From an uncultured Christensenella sp. (lineage in GTDB: Bacteria; Bacillota; Clostridia; Christensenellales; CAG-917), in assembly GCA_910577815.1 (NCBI GenBank), contig CAJTNO010000001.1:284557-348556 (forward strand): 64,000 nt of DNA, read 5' to 3'. Of the stretch, positions 26,638-36,378 are shown piece by piece. The notes beneath the pieces are model-generated. The model did not search any database. It had not been told where the DNA came from and was given only the letters and a program-made list of their open reading frames with translations. Every line of letters starts with the position of its first letter. Position 1 is the stretch's first letter. The position numbers and the translations under genes are program-made.

Positions 26638-29232
26638 TTAAAGCTCGCGGATTTCCTCTACTTCGTAGCCGGCTTCTATAATAGCGGCTTTTACCGCTTC
26701 GGCGTCTATGGGGCTTTCGCAGGTGATTTCCGTCGTTCCGCTTTCGTGCGAGGAGGTGACGTCGGATATCTCAGCCGCTTTTCGTACAGCCGCATTTACG
26801 TGCTTTTCGCACATTCCGCACATCATTCCGTTGACCTTTAACAAATATTTTTTCATTGCTTTATTCTCCTTTTCGGTTTTCTTGTTTTCATTATTGCAAC
26901 CGCTGCCTTCGGCGGGTTGTTGCGCGTCGGGATTGCTCTTGGTTGATTTGTCCGCCTTTTTTGCGCGCTTTATCTTAAAGAAGTTTATCGTCAGCGCGTT
27001 GAGTACTACCGATACGCTGGATACGCTCATTGCAAGCGCGCCTATCATTGGATTTATTTTAAAGCCGCTGATATAGTAGAACGCGCCCGTAGCGATGATT
27101 ACGCAGACAAAGTTGTAAAAGAATGCCCAGAACAGTCCGAGTCGAATAGTGTTGAGTACTCTGCGGCTCAGCGAGATTACGTTTAGAACGTCCATAAGGT
27201 CGTTGCGCAGAAGCACGATGTCGCTGCATTCCATAGCTACGTCGCTTCCTCCGCCGATTGCTATTCCGAGGTCCGCGGCGGTGAGGGCGGGGGCGTCGTT
27301 TACTCCGTCGCCAACCATTGCAACGAGATGCTTGCCGTCCGTCTTCAGCGACTCGATAACACGCTGCTTGTCTGCGGGATATACGTCTGCAATAACTTCG
27401 CTGACTCCTACCTCCTTGGCTATCGCACTCGCCGTAGCCGAGTTGTCGCCCGTGAGCATTACTACCTTTATTCCGCGCGCCGTCAGCTCCTTGACCGCCT
27501 CGACAGAGCCTGTCTTGACTTTGTCCTTTACCGCTATAAGGGCGGCGAGCTTGCCGTTGCATATTACAAGCAGGGGAGTTTTGCCCGCGCTTGAAAGCTC
27601 GTTTACCTTGTCGAAGGCTTGAGAGATGTCCGCGCCCTTGTCCTGAGCAAATTTTAAGTTGCCTATAGAATAAGATATTCCGTCGATTTCGCCCTCTATG
27701 CCGCGTCCCTCTACCGAGCGATAGCCTTGGACGTCGAGTAGGCGCGCGTTTTTCGACCTTGCGTATTCCACTATGGATTGCGCGAGCGGATGCTCGGATT
27801 TATGCTCCAAGGAATAGATTGCGTCCGTTATGCCGTCGGCGTAGGATATGAAATCCGTTACGGTGGGCTTTCCCTCCGTTATAGTTCCCGTCTTGTCAAG
27901 CACTACAGTTTTTATAAGGTGCGCTTTTTCGAGAATTTCCGCATTTTTTATAAGCAGTCCGCATTGCGCGCCCTTGCCGGTGCCCGCCATTATCGATACG
28001 GGTGTTGCAAGCCCTAAAGCGCAGGGGCAGGCTATTACCACTACGGATATGGCAAAATTCAGCGAAAGCTCGAAGGAGGACCCTGCTATCAGATTTGCCG
28101 CAAGCGTGACTATCGCGATTGCGAGAATTATAGGCACGAATATTCCCGATATTTTATCCGCAAGCTTGGATATGGGCGCCTTGGAGTTGCTTGCCTCGTC
28201 TACAAGTCTGATAATCGAGGCGATAGACGTATCGTCGCCCACCTTGCTTGCGCGCATTTTGAAGAAGCCTGCTGTTACGGTTGTCGAGGAAAATACCTCG
28301 TCGCCTTCGGCTTTGAATACGGGCATTGATTCTCCCGTTATATTGGACTGGTTGAGCGACGCGCTGCCTTCGGTTATAACTCCGTCAACGGGAACGCCCG
28401 CGCCGTTGCGCACTATCAGTATATCTCCGACGCGTACCTCCTCGGCGGCAATGTCCGTTTCCTCGCCGCCGCGGATAACCGTTGCGCGCTTGGGAGCCAA
28501 ATCCATAAGCTTGGTTACTGCCGCGGTCGTTTTCTTTTTGGAGAGTCCCTCCAGATACTTGCCGAGGCTCACAAGCGTGAGTATCATTCCCGCAGACTCG
28601 AAATACAGACTGTCGTGATAGGTTGATAGCACCGTCTGCCAATGCGCCGCGTTATCGCCCGACGCTATCATTGCCTGCGCGTAGCTAATCATAAACAGCG
28701 CGAATATGCCGTATATCAAGGACGCGGTTGCGCCTACGGCTATCAGTGAATCCATATTCGGCTTCAGCCTGAACAGCTTTTTAAAGCCGCTTGAAAAATA
28801 GCGGCGATATATAAAGAGTACGGGAAGCACAAGCAGAAACTGTAGGAGCGCAAAGCCCATAGGGTTTGCCATATGGTCGAATACGGCGGGTGCGGGGAAG
28901 CCCCACATCATATTTCCCATCGAGAAATACATAAGGATTAAAAGTAGTCCTATGCAAACGGCAAGCTTTGCAAGCTCGTAGTCCTTTTTGGCGAGAGGGA
29001 CGGGCTTGGATTTTTCTGCCGATATGTCGGTTATCAGTTTATAGCCCGCGCCGTCTACTGCGCGCTCGAGCTTTCCGACGGTGCAAACCTGCTCGTCGTA
29101 GACGACCTCCGCATTGTTTTTAAGCAGATTTACGTTGACGGAGCTTACTCCGTCCACCTTTTCGAGCGCCTTCTGCACGTGCGCCTGACACGCGGAGCAG
29201 GTCATACCCTGTACTTCGAATTTTTTCTTCAC
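26638..29232 (-). CDS. copA: Copper-translocating P1B-type ATPase with N-terminal and C-terminal HMA domains
   Basis: GMTCSACQ N-terminal HMA, CPC motif (ACPCALGLATP), DKTGT, GDGVNDAP. An extra C-terminal HMA domain carries GMMCGMCEKHV. GTG start overlaps the csoR stop by 1 nt. Confidence 0.9.
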   Translation of the reverse strand: MKKKFEVQGMTCSACQAHVQKALEKVDGVSSVNVNLLKNNAEVVYDEQVCTVGKLERAVDGAGYKLITDISAEKSKPVPLAKKDYELAKLAVCIGLLLILMYFSMGNMMWGFPAPAVFDHMANPMGFALLQFLLVLPVLFIYRRYFSSGFKKLFRLKPNMDSLIAVGATASLIYGIFALFMISYAQAMIASGDNAAHWQTVLSTYHDSLYFESAGMILTLVSLGKYLEGLSKKKTTAAVTKLMDLAPKRATVIRGGEETDIAAEEVRVGDILIVRNGAGVPVDGVITEGSASLNQSNITGESMPVFKAEGDEVFSSTTVTAGFFKMRASKVGDDTSIASIIRLVDEASNSKAPISKLADKISGIFVPIILAIAIVTLAANLIAGSSFELSLNFAISVVVIACPCALGLATPVSIMAGTGKGAQCGLLIKNAEILEKAHLIKTVVLDKTGTITEGKPTVTDFISYADGITDAIYSLEHKSEHPLAQSIVEYARSKNARLLDVQGYRSVEGRGIEGEIDGISYSIGNLKFAQDKGADISQAFDKVNELSSAGKTPLLVICNGKLAALIAVKDKVKTGSVEAVKELTARGIKVVMLTGDNSATASAIAKEVGVSEVIADVYPADKQRVIESLKTDGKHLVAMVGDGVNDAPALTAADLGIAIGGGSDVAMECSDIVLLRNDLMDVLNVISLSRRVLNTIRLGLFWAFFYNFVCVIIATGAFYYISGFKINPMIGALAMSVSSVSVVLNALTINFFKIKRAKKADKSTKSNPDAQQPAEGSGCNNENKKTEKENKAMKKYLLKVNGMMCGMCEKHVNAAVRKAAEISDVTSSHESGTTEITCESPIDAEAVKAAIIEAGYEVEEIREL

Positions 29233-29531
29233 TATTGAAACCTCTTGAATAAATCTACGATTTCGTCCACAACCTCTATGTTTCCGGACTGTATGTTTTC
29301 CACAAGACAGGTGTGCATATGCGCGTCGAGTATGAGATTGCTAAGGCTCTTTACCGACTTGTCTACCGCGCTGAGCTGTACAAGAATGTCGTCGCAATAC
29401 CTGTCCTCTGCAACCATATTCTTGATGCCGTTAAGCTGACCTATAATTTTGTTCAGTCTTATTTCAAGCGCGCGTTTTTCCTCGTCCGAGCGCACCTTGG
29501 TGCGGGTTTTGCAGCAGCATTTTTCGTTCAT
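29232..29531 (-). CDS. csoR: CsoR-family copper-sensing repressor
   Basis: LNKIIGQLNGIKNMVAEDRYCDDILVQLSAVDKSVKSL...HMHTC is the CsoR/DUF156 pattern. Start chosen at ATG 29531, preceded by GGAGAGAG; two other in-frame ATGs lie upstream. Confidence 0.85.
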   Translation of the reverse strand: MNEKCCCKTRTKVRSDEEKRALEIRLNKIIGQLNGIKNMVAEDRYCDDILVQLSAVDKSVKSLSNLILDAHMHTCLVENIQSGNIEVVDEIVDLFKRFQ

Positions 29532-29610
29532 TTCTCTCTCCATTATGTCCATTTGGAATCTGACAAATACTTTATTATCCAATAGACACCTTTTATTTTG
29601 ATATAAAAAC

Positions 29611-29639
29611 AATATACCCCCATCGGGTATATTGTCAAG
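29611..29639 (-). promoter_or_regulatory. CsoR operator overlapping the csoR-copA promoter
   Basis: Inverted repeat AATATACCC-ccatc-GGGTATATT (29611-29633) resembles known CsoR boxes (TACCC...GGGTA). On the minus strand it reads TTGACA-N16-TATATT. Confidence 0.75.
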
Positions 29640-29739
29640 AGCTAACTTGAATATTTTTAAAATATCATAAAGCAAAACGTAAAACCGCAGACAGTCTGCG
29701 GTTTTATATCTGCATTTTTCATTTTGCGTAAGATACGTA

Positions 29740-30441
29740 TTATCTCGTTTCTTTATAATGCACGGTGAATGTATCCGTTTTTTCGTCGTATACCGCGAGT
29801 ATTATGTTTTTTAAATCCTCCTCGTTTTTAAGCTGTAGCTTTTCAAACAGCCATTCCTCGGTTTTTGCCGCTTCGCTTAGTCCCGATTTGGAGATTGCTC
29901 CATCTACTATTATCACGTTGGACAGCGAGGATTGCTCGATAGCCTCGCGGTTGACGTCCTCGATTACCACGGGCTTCTGATTTCCCTTGGGAAGCACGGA
30001 CAGCTTTCCGCTCGGCTCGAATATGGCGTACGCTACGTCGTTGATGTCGAAATAGTTCTTTTCGCGCAGCATAGAGAGCAAATCGTTGACGTCGATGTTG
30101 CATTTTACAAGCTGCTTATAGTCTATCTTTCCCTCGTATATGAGCGTGGACGGCTTGCCCTTGAATATGCGCTTGAGCGCGGAATTCTTTCTGCCGATAA
30201 GCGATACCAACAGCGCAAGCACAAGGAATATGGTCATCGCTATAAGATAGTAATAAAACGGCGTTTCCGAATCTGTGGACATTTCCGCCGCTATAGAGCC
30301 GAGCGAAATGCCTACCGCGTAGTCGATAAATTCAAGCTGGGCTATCTGCTTTTTGCCGAGTATCTTGGATATGATAAACAGATATGCAAAAGATACCACG
30401 GCGTTGATTAACACCCAAAAGATAGGTTTTATACCAAACAT
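29740..30441 (-). CDS. DUF421 (YetF-like) membrane protein
   Basis: 233 aa with N-terminal TM helices and a soluble C-terminal domain, as in the Firmicute YetF/YdfS family. Called by pattern only. Confidence 0.55.
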   Translation of the reverse strand: MFGIKPIFWVLINAVVSFAYLFIISKILGKKQIAQLEFIDYAVGISLGSIAAEMSTDSETPFYYYLIAMTIFLVLALLVSLIGRKNSALKRIFKGKPSTLIYEGKIDYKQLVKCNIDVNDLLSMLREKNYFDINDVAYAIFEPSGKLSVLPKGNQKPVVIEDVNREAIEQSSLSNVIIVDGAISKSGLSEAAKTEEWLFEKLQLKNEEDLKNIILAVYDEKTDTFTVHYKETR

Positions 30442-30597
30442 TATGTTCTCCTGTGCGCAACGCGTCTATTTGTACAATTATTGACGTTGCGGGCGCAGTT
30501 TATACTTTGCGGTCCGATACGCTTGAAACCGCAAGCGGCGCGCTTGCCAAGCCGCGAAAAATTTGTTAATATATACAAAAAGTATAAGGAGCGCAAA

Positions 30598-31029
30598 GTG
30601 GAAAACAGGCGTAAGACCGTGCTTGTCATAGACGGACAGGGCGGCGGAATCGGCAGAAGCTTGATAGCCGCGCTTAAGGAGCGGAATATAGACGCATCGC
30701 TGATATGCGCAGGCACAAACGCGTTTGCGGCAGGTCGGATGCAATCGGCGGGCGCGGACGTTTCCGTGTACGGAGAGGAGAGCGTTATTGCCGCCGCGAC
30801 GCGCGCAGATATTATAAGCGGTCCTATCGGCATAATAATTCCCGGGGCGCTCAAGGGAGAGATTTCGCCTGAAGTAGCGTTTACGGTTGCGAAAAGCGAC
30901 GCGGTTAAAATACTCGTTCCGCTAAACAAGTGCAATATAATAGTTGCCGGTGTGCACGATAATACTCTTGCCCAAAATATAGACGAGACGGTTAGTCGTA
31001 TAATACTTGCATCGAATGCTGATAACTAA
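30598..31029 (+). CDS. DUF3842-like protein
   Basis: VLVIDGQGGGIGRSLI...ISGPIGIIIPGALKGEISP pattern. GTG 30598 lies 6 nt after AAGGAG. Confidence 0.5.
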   Translation: MENRRKTVLVIDGQGGGIGRSLIAALKERNIDASLICAGTNAFAAGRMQSAGADVSVYGEESVIAAATRADIISGPIGIIIPGALKGEISPEVAFTVAKSDAVKILVPLNKCNIIVAGVHDNTLAQNIDETVSRIILASNADN

Positions 31030-31201
31030 AGTCTATAGCGATTTGCGCGTGACTGCGTATATGTTTGTGATATAAAATCATTTTAGTTTGTTGACTAATT
31101 TATAATTATACTTTATCTTATAAGTATGCCGTGCGGACGTCAAGAAGGCGTTTATGAAAGCGCGGCGCGATTACAAAAATAGAATAATCGAAAAAATCAA
31201 G

Positions 31202-31239
31202 AGGATTTATCCGCATAGGCGGATAAATCCTGTTTTTTT
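31202..31239 (+). terminator. Strong intrinsic terminator/attenuator 11 nt upstream of the ABC-lar operon start
   Basis: AGGATTTATCCGC-atag-GCGGATAAATCCT (13-bp stem), then GTTTTTTT. The RBS AGGAG and ATG 31250 follow directly. Confidence 0.7.
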
Positions 31240-31249
31240 AGGAGATTAA

Positions 31250-32092
31250 ATGCTTTTGCAGGTTAAGGACTTGACAGTGACGGCGCAGCTTGCGCGCTCG
31301 AGGCAGACTTTGTTGGAGGGAGTCGGCTTTTGCGTGCGGTCGGGCGAGCCGCTTGCGATAATCGGAGAAAGCGGCAGCGGAAAGACTATGCTTGCGCTTG
31401 CTCTGCTCGGATTGCTTCCCGACAACTGCGAGGCGACGGGAAGCGCGGAGCTTTGTAAAAGCGAAGACGGTTCGGATATTCAAGCCGATGCCGCAAATAG
31501 CGATTTAACGCGTACTAAGCGAATAGAGCTTATCGGAATGAAGGACGGCAAAAAGAACGCTATGCGCGGACGGGAGATTGTTTACGTTCCGCAAAGCGGA
31601 GGAGAGTTTTTAAATCCCGCGCTTAAGATAAAATCGCAGATGTTCGAGAGCCTGAAGAAATGCGGAATAAAGGGAAAGCCGCGACTTTATTCGGCGGCCC
31701 AGGAAAGACTGGAAAGAGCGGACTTGGACGCCTGCGTGCTCGACAGCTATCCGTCGGAGCTTAGCGGAGGTCAGGCGCAGAGAGTGACTATAGCTTTGTC
31801 CTTAAGTCCTTTTGCGGGTCTTGCGATAGCCGACGAGCCGACCAAGGGAATTGACGCGCAGACGGCAAAGCTGTTTGAGGACGGGTTAAAGGATTTTTAT
31901 CCCAACGCGTGCGTTATAGTGATAACGCACAGCCTCGAGCTTGCCGCAAAATGCAGTAGCGTGCTTGTTTTAAAGGACGGCAGAGTTATGGAATACGGAA
32001 GCGTTAAGAAGGTGTTTAACGCGCCCGAGTCGGAGTATACAGCACGACTTATCGAGGATATGCCGCGCACGGACGGAGAGGAATATGCTTGA
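31250..32092 (+). CDS. ABC transporter ATP-binding protein (Dpp/Opp/Nik D-type)
   Basis: Walker A GESGSGKT, signature LSGGQAQR, Walker B AIADEPT. It has an insertion after Walker A. Confidence 0.85.
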   Translation: MLLQVKDLTVTAQLARSRQTLLEGVGFCVRSGEPLAIIGESGSGKTMLALALLGLLPDNCEATGSAELCKSEDGSDIQADAANSDLTRTKRIELIGMKDGKKNAMRGREIVYVPQSGGEFLNPALKIKSQMFESLKKCGIKGKPRLYSAAQERLERADLDACVLDSYPSELSGGQAQRVTIALSLSPFAGLAIADEPTKGIDAQTAKLFEDGLKDFYPNACVIVITHSLELAAKCSSVLVLKDGRVMEYGSVKKVFNAPESEYTARLIEDMPRTDGEEYA

Positions 32093-32801
32093 GGCTGTTG
32101 ATTTATATAAGACCTTTAAAAACGGAAACAGAGAGGTCTATCCGTTGTCGGGCGCAAGTCTTTGCGTTGAGGAGGGCGACAGGATAGGCATATTCGGAAA
32201 AAGCGGAGAGGGCAAAAGTACTTTTGCGAATATAGCTTGCGGACTGGCAAAGCCCGATAGCGGAAATGTGTATCTTGACGAACGTCCTTTATTTGACGAA
32301 AGCAAATCCTATGATTTCAGGGCGGGCAAGAGAATACAGCTTATTCCGCAACAGCCGTATCTGTCCTTTGACCCTGCGCAGCGTATAGGCTCCGCCGTAG
32401 CGGAGGCTGTACGCGTAAACGGGAGGGGTATCGGTCGCGCGGAGGCGCGCAGCAAGGTTGCGGAGCTGTTTGACAGAGTTCTGTTAAATCCTTCGCTTAT
32501 GGACAGGCTTCCGTCACAGCTGAGCGGAGGTCAGGTGCAGAGAGCCGCTATCGCCCGCGCGCTTGCTATGAATCCCGAGGCGATTATATCCGACGAAGCG
32601 ACGTCGATGCTCGACGCGTCCTCGCAGGCGCAGATAATCCGTATATTTTGCGACCTCGCCAATAAAGACGGGATTGCGATAATTCTTATTTCGCACGATA
32701 TGAAGCTTTTAAGGTCCTTTGCGGACAGAATTTACAGGCTGGATAAGGGCGTATTTCAGATAGTTTGCGATAAATCGGCAGAGGGAACGGAAGATGTTTA
32801 A
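32085..32801 (+). CDS. ABC transporter ATP-binding protein (Dpp/Opp/Nik F-type)
   Basis: GKSGEGKST, LSGGQVQR, IISDEATSMLD. Overlaps the previous gene by 8 nt. Confidence 0.85.
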   Translation: MLEAVDLYKTFKNGNREVYPLSGASLCVEEGDRIGIFGKSGEGKSTFANIACGLAKPDSGNVYLDERPLFDESKSYDFRAGKRIQLIPQQPYLSFDPAQRIGSAVAEAVRVNGRGIGRAEARSKVAELFDRVLLNPSLMDRLPSQLSGGQVQRAAIARALAMNPEAIISDEATSMLDASSQAQIIRIFCDLANKDGIAIILISHDMKLLRSFADRIYRLDKGVFQIVCDKSAEGTEDV

Positions 32802-34404
32802 AAGGAAATTTATTACGGTTTTATTGATTATATCCGTTGCGGCGCTTATTTTATCGGGAGCGGTATGTCTTGCGGCGTGCAATGCCCAGATTTCGGACGG
32901 AACTTTGATAGTCGGCACAACGACAGTTGTCGATACTCTCAACAGACTGGACGCGGGAGGCGGCAAGCCGGGATACGCTTATACGATGCTTTCCTCTACG
33001 CTTGCGCAGGTTCCGCTTGTGTATAGAAGCCGGGGGGAATTCCTTTCGGTGCTGTGCGATATCGATTGCAGCGATGACGGTCTTAGCTGGACGTTTAAGC
33101 TTAAGGACGGTTTTATCTGGCACGACGGAGTAGCCGTTTGCGCGGAGGACTTGAGCTATACGCTAAAAAATTCGCTTTCCGAAAATGATATAAACGACAT
33201 TTGCGAGAAGGACGGCAGAGTGACGGTAAGGCTGAAGCAGGCAAAGGCGTCCTTTCTAAACGGACTTGTGAGCGTGACTTTACAGCCTAAGCATATCCTC
33301 GAGGGCGTCACAAAGGACACAATAACCGACGGGCAGTCCGTTATAGGCTGCGGACCGTTTTGTTTTGTAAAGCGCGATACGGCGGCGGGGACTATTGAGT
33401 TCAGAAAATTCGAGGATTATCCCTACGCCGAGAGCATAGAGATTGAGCGTGTTATTTTCAAACAGTTCGGCTCGGAGGATTCTATGCGGCTTGCGCTCAA
33501 GGCGGGCGAGCTGGATATGCTTTGGGATTACGGCGGAGGGCTTGACGCCAATGCGTATTCGGAGCTTAACGGAAATTCCAAGCTTAAATTTATATCTTAT
33601 CCGACCGACGCGATACCCAAGGTGCTTTTTTTCAACAACGGAAAGCTTACGGACGTCAAGGTTAAGGAGGCGATAAAACGCGCGATTGATTACGGGAAGA
33701 TAGCGCGGATATTCGGCACTCCGCACTCCGCGCTTCCTCGCGAGGGCTTTGTTGCGCCGCACGTATTCGGATATAAGCAGACCGCGGAGCTTAAAAGAGA
33801 TTTGACGGAGGCGAAAAGGCTGTTAAGAGAGGCGGGCTATAGCGAGAGAAATAAGTTTGATTTCGAGCTGCTTGTGAGGGCGAGCGGAGATGACTCGCAA
33901 TACGCGGACCTTATAAAGACAGACCTCGAGGAAACGGGAATGATAGCCGTAAGGCTCATTGTAAAGGGCGGCGACTGGCAGAGCTATTATCAGAGCGGAG
34001 CGCATACGGCAAGCCTTGCGGGAATAACGGCGGCGGGCTACAGCTTTGAAGCGGGCTACGGCACGCGCTATATGCTCACTACTCAGAATTCCGTTATGCA
34101 GGAGGCGGGATTTATTAAAAATCCCGTGGGACACGGACAAATCGCCATTGACGACGGCTTTGGCAAGCTTACGGAGTTTGGAGAAATAAGGCAAGCATTA
34201 GCCGACGCGCAGAGAGCGGACGGCACGTTAGAGGCGGCGGTTGAAAGATATCAGGACTATTTTGTAAAATATACTCCCGCAATCGCGTTGATGTACGACA
34301 GTAAAATACAGGTTATGTCCGATAAACTGACGGGCGCAGGCGTTGACGATACGTTTGGGATATTAAACGTACAATCCTTTGTTTCGCTCAAAAAGAAGGT
34401 TTAA
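32794..34404 (+). CDS. ABC substrate-binding lipoprotein, family 5 (peptide/nickel)
   Basis: Lipobox LAAC. 536 aa, the typical size and pattern of SBP family 5 (WHDG..., FKLK...). Nickel specificity is inferred from the adjacent lar genes. Confidence 0.75.
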   Translation: MFKRKFITVLLIISVAALILSGAVCLAACNAQISDGTLIVGTTTVVDTLNRLDAGGGKPGYAYTMLSSTLAQVPLVYRSRGEFLSVLCDIDCSDDGLSWTFKLKDGFIWHDGVAVCAEDLSYTLKNSLSENDINDICEKDGRVTVRLKQAKASFLNGLVSVTLQPKHILEGVTKDTITDGQSVIGCGPFCFVKRDTAAGTIEFRKFEDYPYAESIEIERVIFKQFGSEDSMRLALKAGELDMLWDYGGGLDANAYSELNGNSKLKFISYPTDAIPKVLFFNNGKLTDVKVKEAIKRAIDYGKIARIFGTPHSALPREGFVAPHVFGYKQTAELKRDLTEAKRLLREAGYSERNKFDFELLVRASGDDSQYADLIKTDLEETGMIAVRLIVKGGDWQSYYQSGAHTASLAGITAAGYSFEAGYGTRYMLTTQNSVMQEAGFIKNPVGHGQIAIDDGFGKLTEFGEIRQALADAQRADGTLEAAVERYQDYFVKYTPAIALMYDSKIQVMSDKLTGAGVDDTFGILNVQSFVSLKKKV

Positions 34405-34473
34405 TATGTCAAATATGTTGTATAAACGCGCTACAATAAAATAAATCGAATAAAACGGCAGGAAGCAAAGGAA

Positions 34474-35454
34474 ATGATAAGAAAAAAGCTGACAGGAAGC
34501 ATAGCGTTTTCAATCGTCGCGCTGACGCTTATTTTGCTTGTCAATTTTTTTCTCCCGCGTCTTATGCCGGGCGACCCTCTCGCCTTTTTGATAGGCTCGG
34601 ACGAGGGGATTTCCGAGGAGGAATATAACGAGTATTACCACGCTATGGGCTTGGATAAGCCTATCGGCGAGCAGTTTGCGGATTATTTGGATAATCTTTT
34701 TCACGGCAGATTGGGCTATTCCTATCACCACGGGCGCGACGTGGGGGAGGTGCTTAAGGAAAAGCTTCCGCGCACCCTTCTGATTGCCTTTCCCGCCTGG
34801 ATTATAAGCGCGCTTATCGCGTTGCTTTTAGGTATCTATGCCGGTTACAGGCGGCGCGGACTGTTTGACAGGCTTACGTCCGGAGCAATGGTTGTTGCCG
34901 ATACGGCGCCTACATTTTTGATGGCTATGCTGCTTTTGATAGTTTTTGCGTATGAGTTGAACTGGCTGCCGTTCGGCGCGCTCAACTCCGCGATAGCTCC
35001 CGAAGGCGCGCTTAGCGCGTTTGCGGACAGGCTCAGACATCTGGTGCTTCCCGTGCTTACCATAGTGCTTGCGTCTACGCCTAAAAAATATCTGCTTATG
35101 CGCTCGGCGGCGGCAAAAGCCGCGGACGAAAAATATATAGTTTACGCGCGCGCCCGCGGACTTTCTACTCCCGCAGTTTTGTTCAGGCACGTGTTTCCAA
35201 ACGTCGGACAGCCCTTTATAGCTATGCTCGGCACGGGGTTCGGAAAAATTCTGTCCGGCTCTATAGTCGTTGAAATGATTTTTTCCATTGACGGAATGGG
35301 GACGCTTGTTTCACGAGCAATAACCGATTTGGATTATCCCGTGCTTCAGGCGGCGTTTATGATTATCGCGCTGTCCGTGATTGCGTCAAATCTGATTGCC
35401 GATTTGATATGTCTGCTTATAGGACCGAGACAGGGAGGCGCAGAGAGTTTATGA
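34474..35454 (+). CDS. ABC transporter permease (DppB/NikB-like)
   Basis: 326 aa polytopic protein with the binding-protein-dependent transport inner-membrane component pattern. Confidence 0.8.
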   Translation: MIRKKLTGSIAFSIVALTLILLVNFFLPRLMPGDPLAFLIGSDEGISEEEYNEYYHAMGLDKPIGEQFADYLDNLFHGRLGYSYHHGRDVGEVLKEKLPRTLLIAFPAWIISALIALLLGIYAGYRRRGLFDRLTSGAMVVADTAPTFLMAMLLLIVFAYELNWLPFGALNSAIAPEGALSAFADRLRHLVLPVLTIVLASTPKKYLLMRSAAAKAADEKYIVYARARGLSTPAVLFRHVFPNVGQPFIAMLGTGFGKILSGSIVVEMIFSIDGMGTLVSRAITDLDYPVLQAAFMIIALSVIASNLIADLICLLIGPRQGGAESL

Positions 35455-36365
35455 AAAAGTCCGCATCCCTCAAGCTTAACAGAGTGTTGTCGGCGGTTCT
35501 GTTTGCGCTGGGCATAGCCGTGCTTGCGGTATTTATACTGTTTGCGATAGCTCCCGACGCTATTGCGCCTTATAATCCCAAACTCAGCTTCGATACCTTT
35601 CTTGAGCCGTCCGCCGAGCATATCCTCGGCACAAATAACCTCGGCTACGATATTTTATCCGAGCTGATTCACGCCTCGCGTACGACTCTTACGGTGGGGC
35701 TGCTGTCCGCGCTCGTTTGTACGTTTATAGGTACGATAGCGGGTGTTGTAGCAGGCTGCGCAAAGGGGCTGACGGGCGAAATCTTAAACGGATTTATAAA
35801 TTTCTTTATAATTATTCCGATGCTTCCGCTTGCTATAGTCATCGGCGCTTATCTGAGCGGAGGAGCCTTAGATACCGTGCTTACGATATCTCTCATCGGA
35901 TGGTGCGGCACAGCCCGCGCGGTTAAGGCAAAGACGGAAAAGGTGAAAAATTCGCCTTATATAAGGCTGATGAGGGGACTTGGGTTTTCGCGTATGCGTA
36001 TTCTGTTCAGACACGTTCTGCCAAACGTTTTGGACGTGGCGGCGGCAAGATATATAACGTCTGTCGCAAGCTGTATTCTTTTGGAATCCACCCTCGGATT
36101 TTTGGGAGTGGGCGCGGCAGGCTCTATGTCCTGGGGAGTTATGATAAACTACGCTTACAAGTTCGGCGGACTCGCGCGAGGCGCGTATAATTGGCTGCTC
36201 GCCCCCGGCGTGTGTATTATGCTGCTCGAGCTGGCGTTCCACTTTATAAGCCGATTTATAGAGGACAGACTGTCCGCCGTGCGGGACGGAAGGTCGAAAA
36301 AAGCCTCGGGCGGAGCTATAGGAGCGGACGGCTATGCCGTCGCAGGTGAAAATAGTAAGGGATAA
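35451..36365 (+). CDS. ABC transporter permease (DppC/NikC-like)
   Basis: Start ATG 35451 overlaps the preceding stop (ATGA). Contains GTNNLGYDILSE and the EAA-loop region. Confidence 0.8.
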   Translation: MKKSASLKLNRVLSAVLFALGIAVLAVFILFAIAPDAIAPYNPKLSFDTFLEPSAEHILGTNNLGYDILSELIHASRTTLTVGLLSALVCTFIGTIAGVVAGCAKGLTGEILNGFINFFIIIPMLPLAIVIGAYLSGGALDTVLTISLIGWCGTARAVKAKTEKVKNSPYIRLMRGLGFSRMRILFRHVLPNVLDVAAARYITSVASCILLESTLGFLGVGAAGSMSWGVMINYAYKFGGLARGAYNWLLAPGVCIMLLELAFHFISRFIEDRLSAVRDGRSKKASGGAIGADGYAVAGENSKG

Positions 36366-36378
36366 GCAAGGAGTAGAT

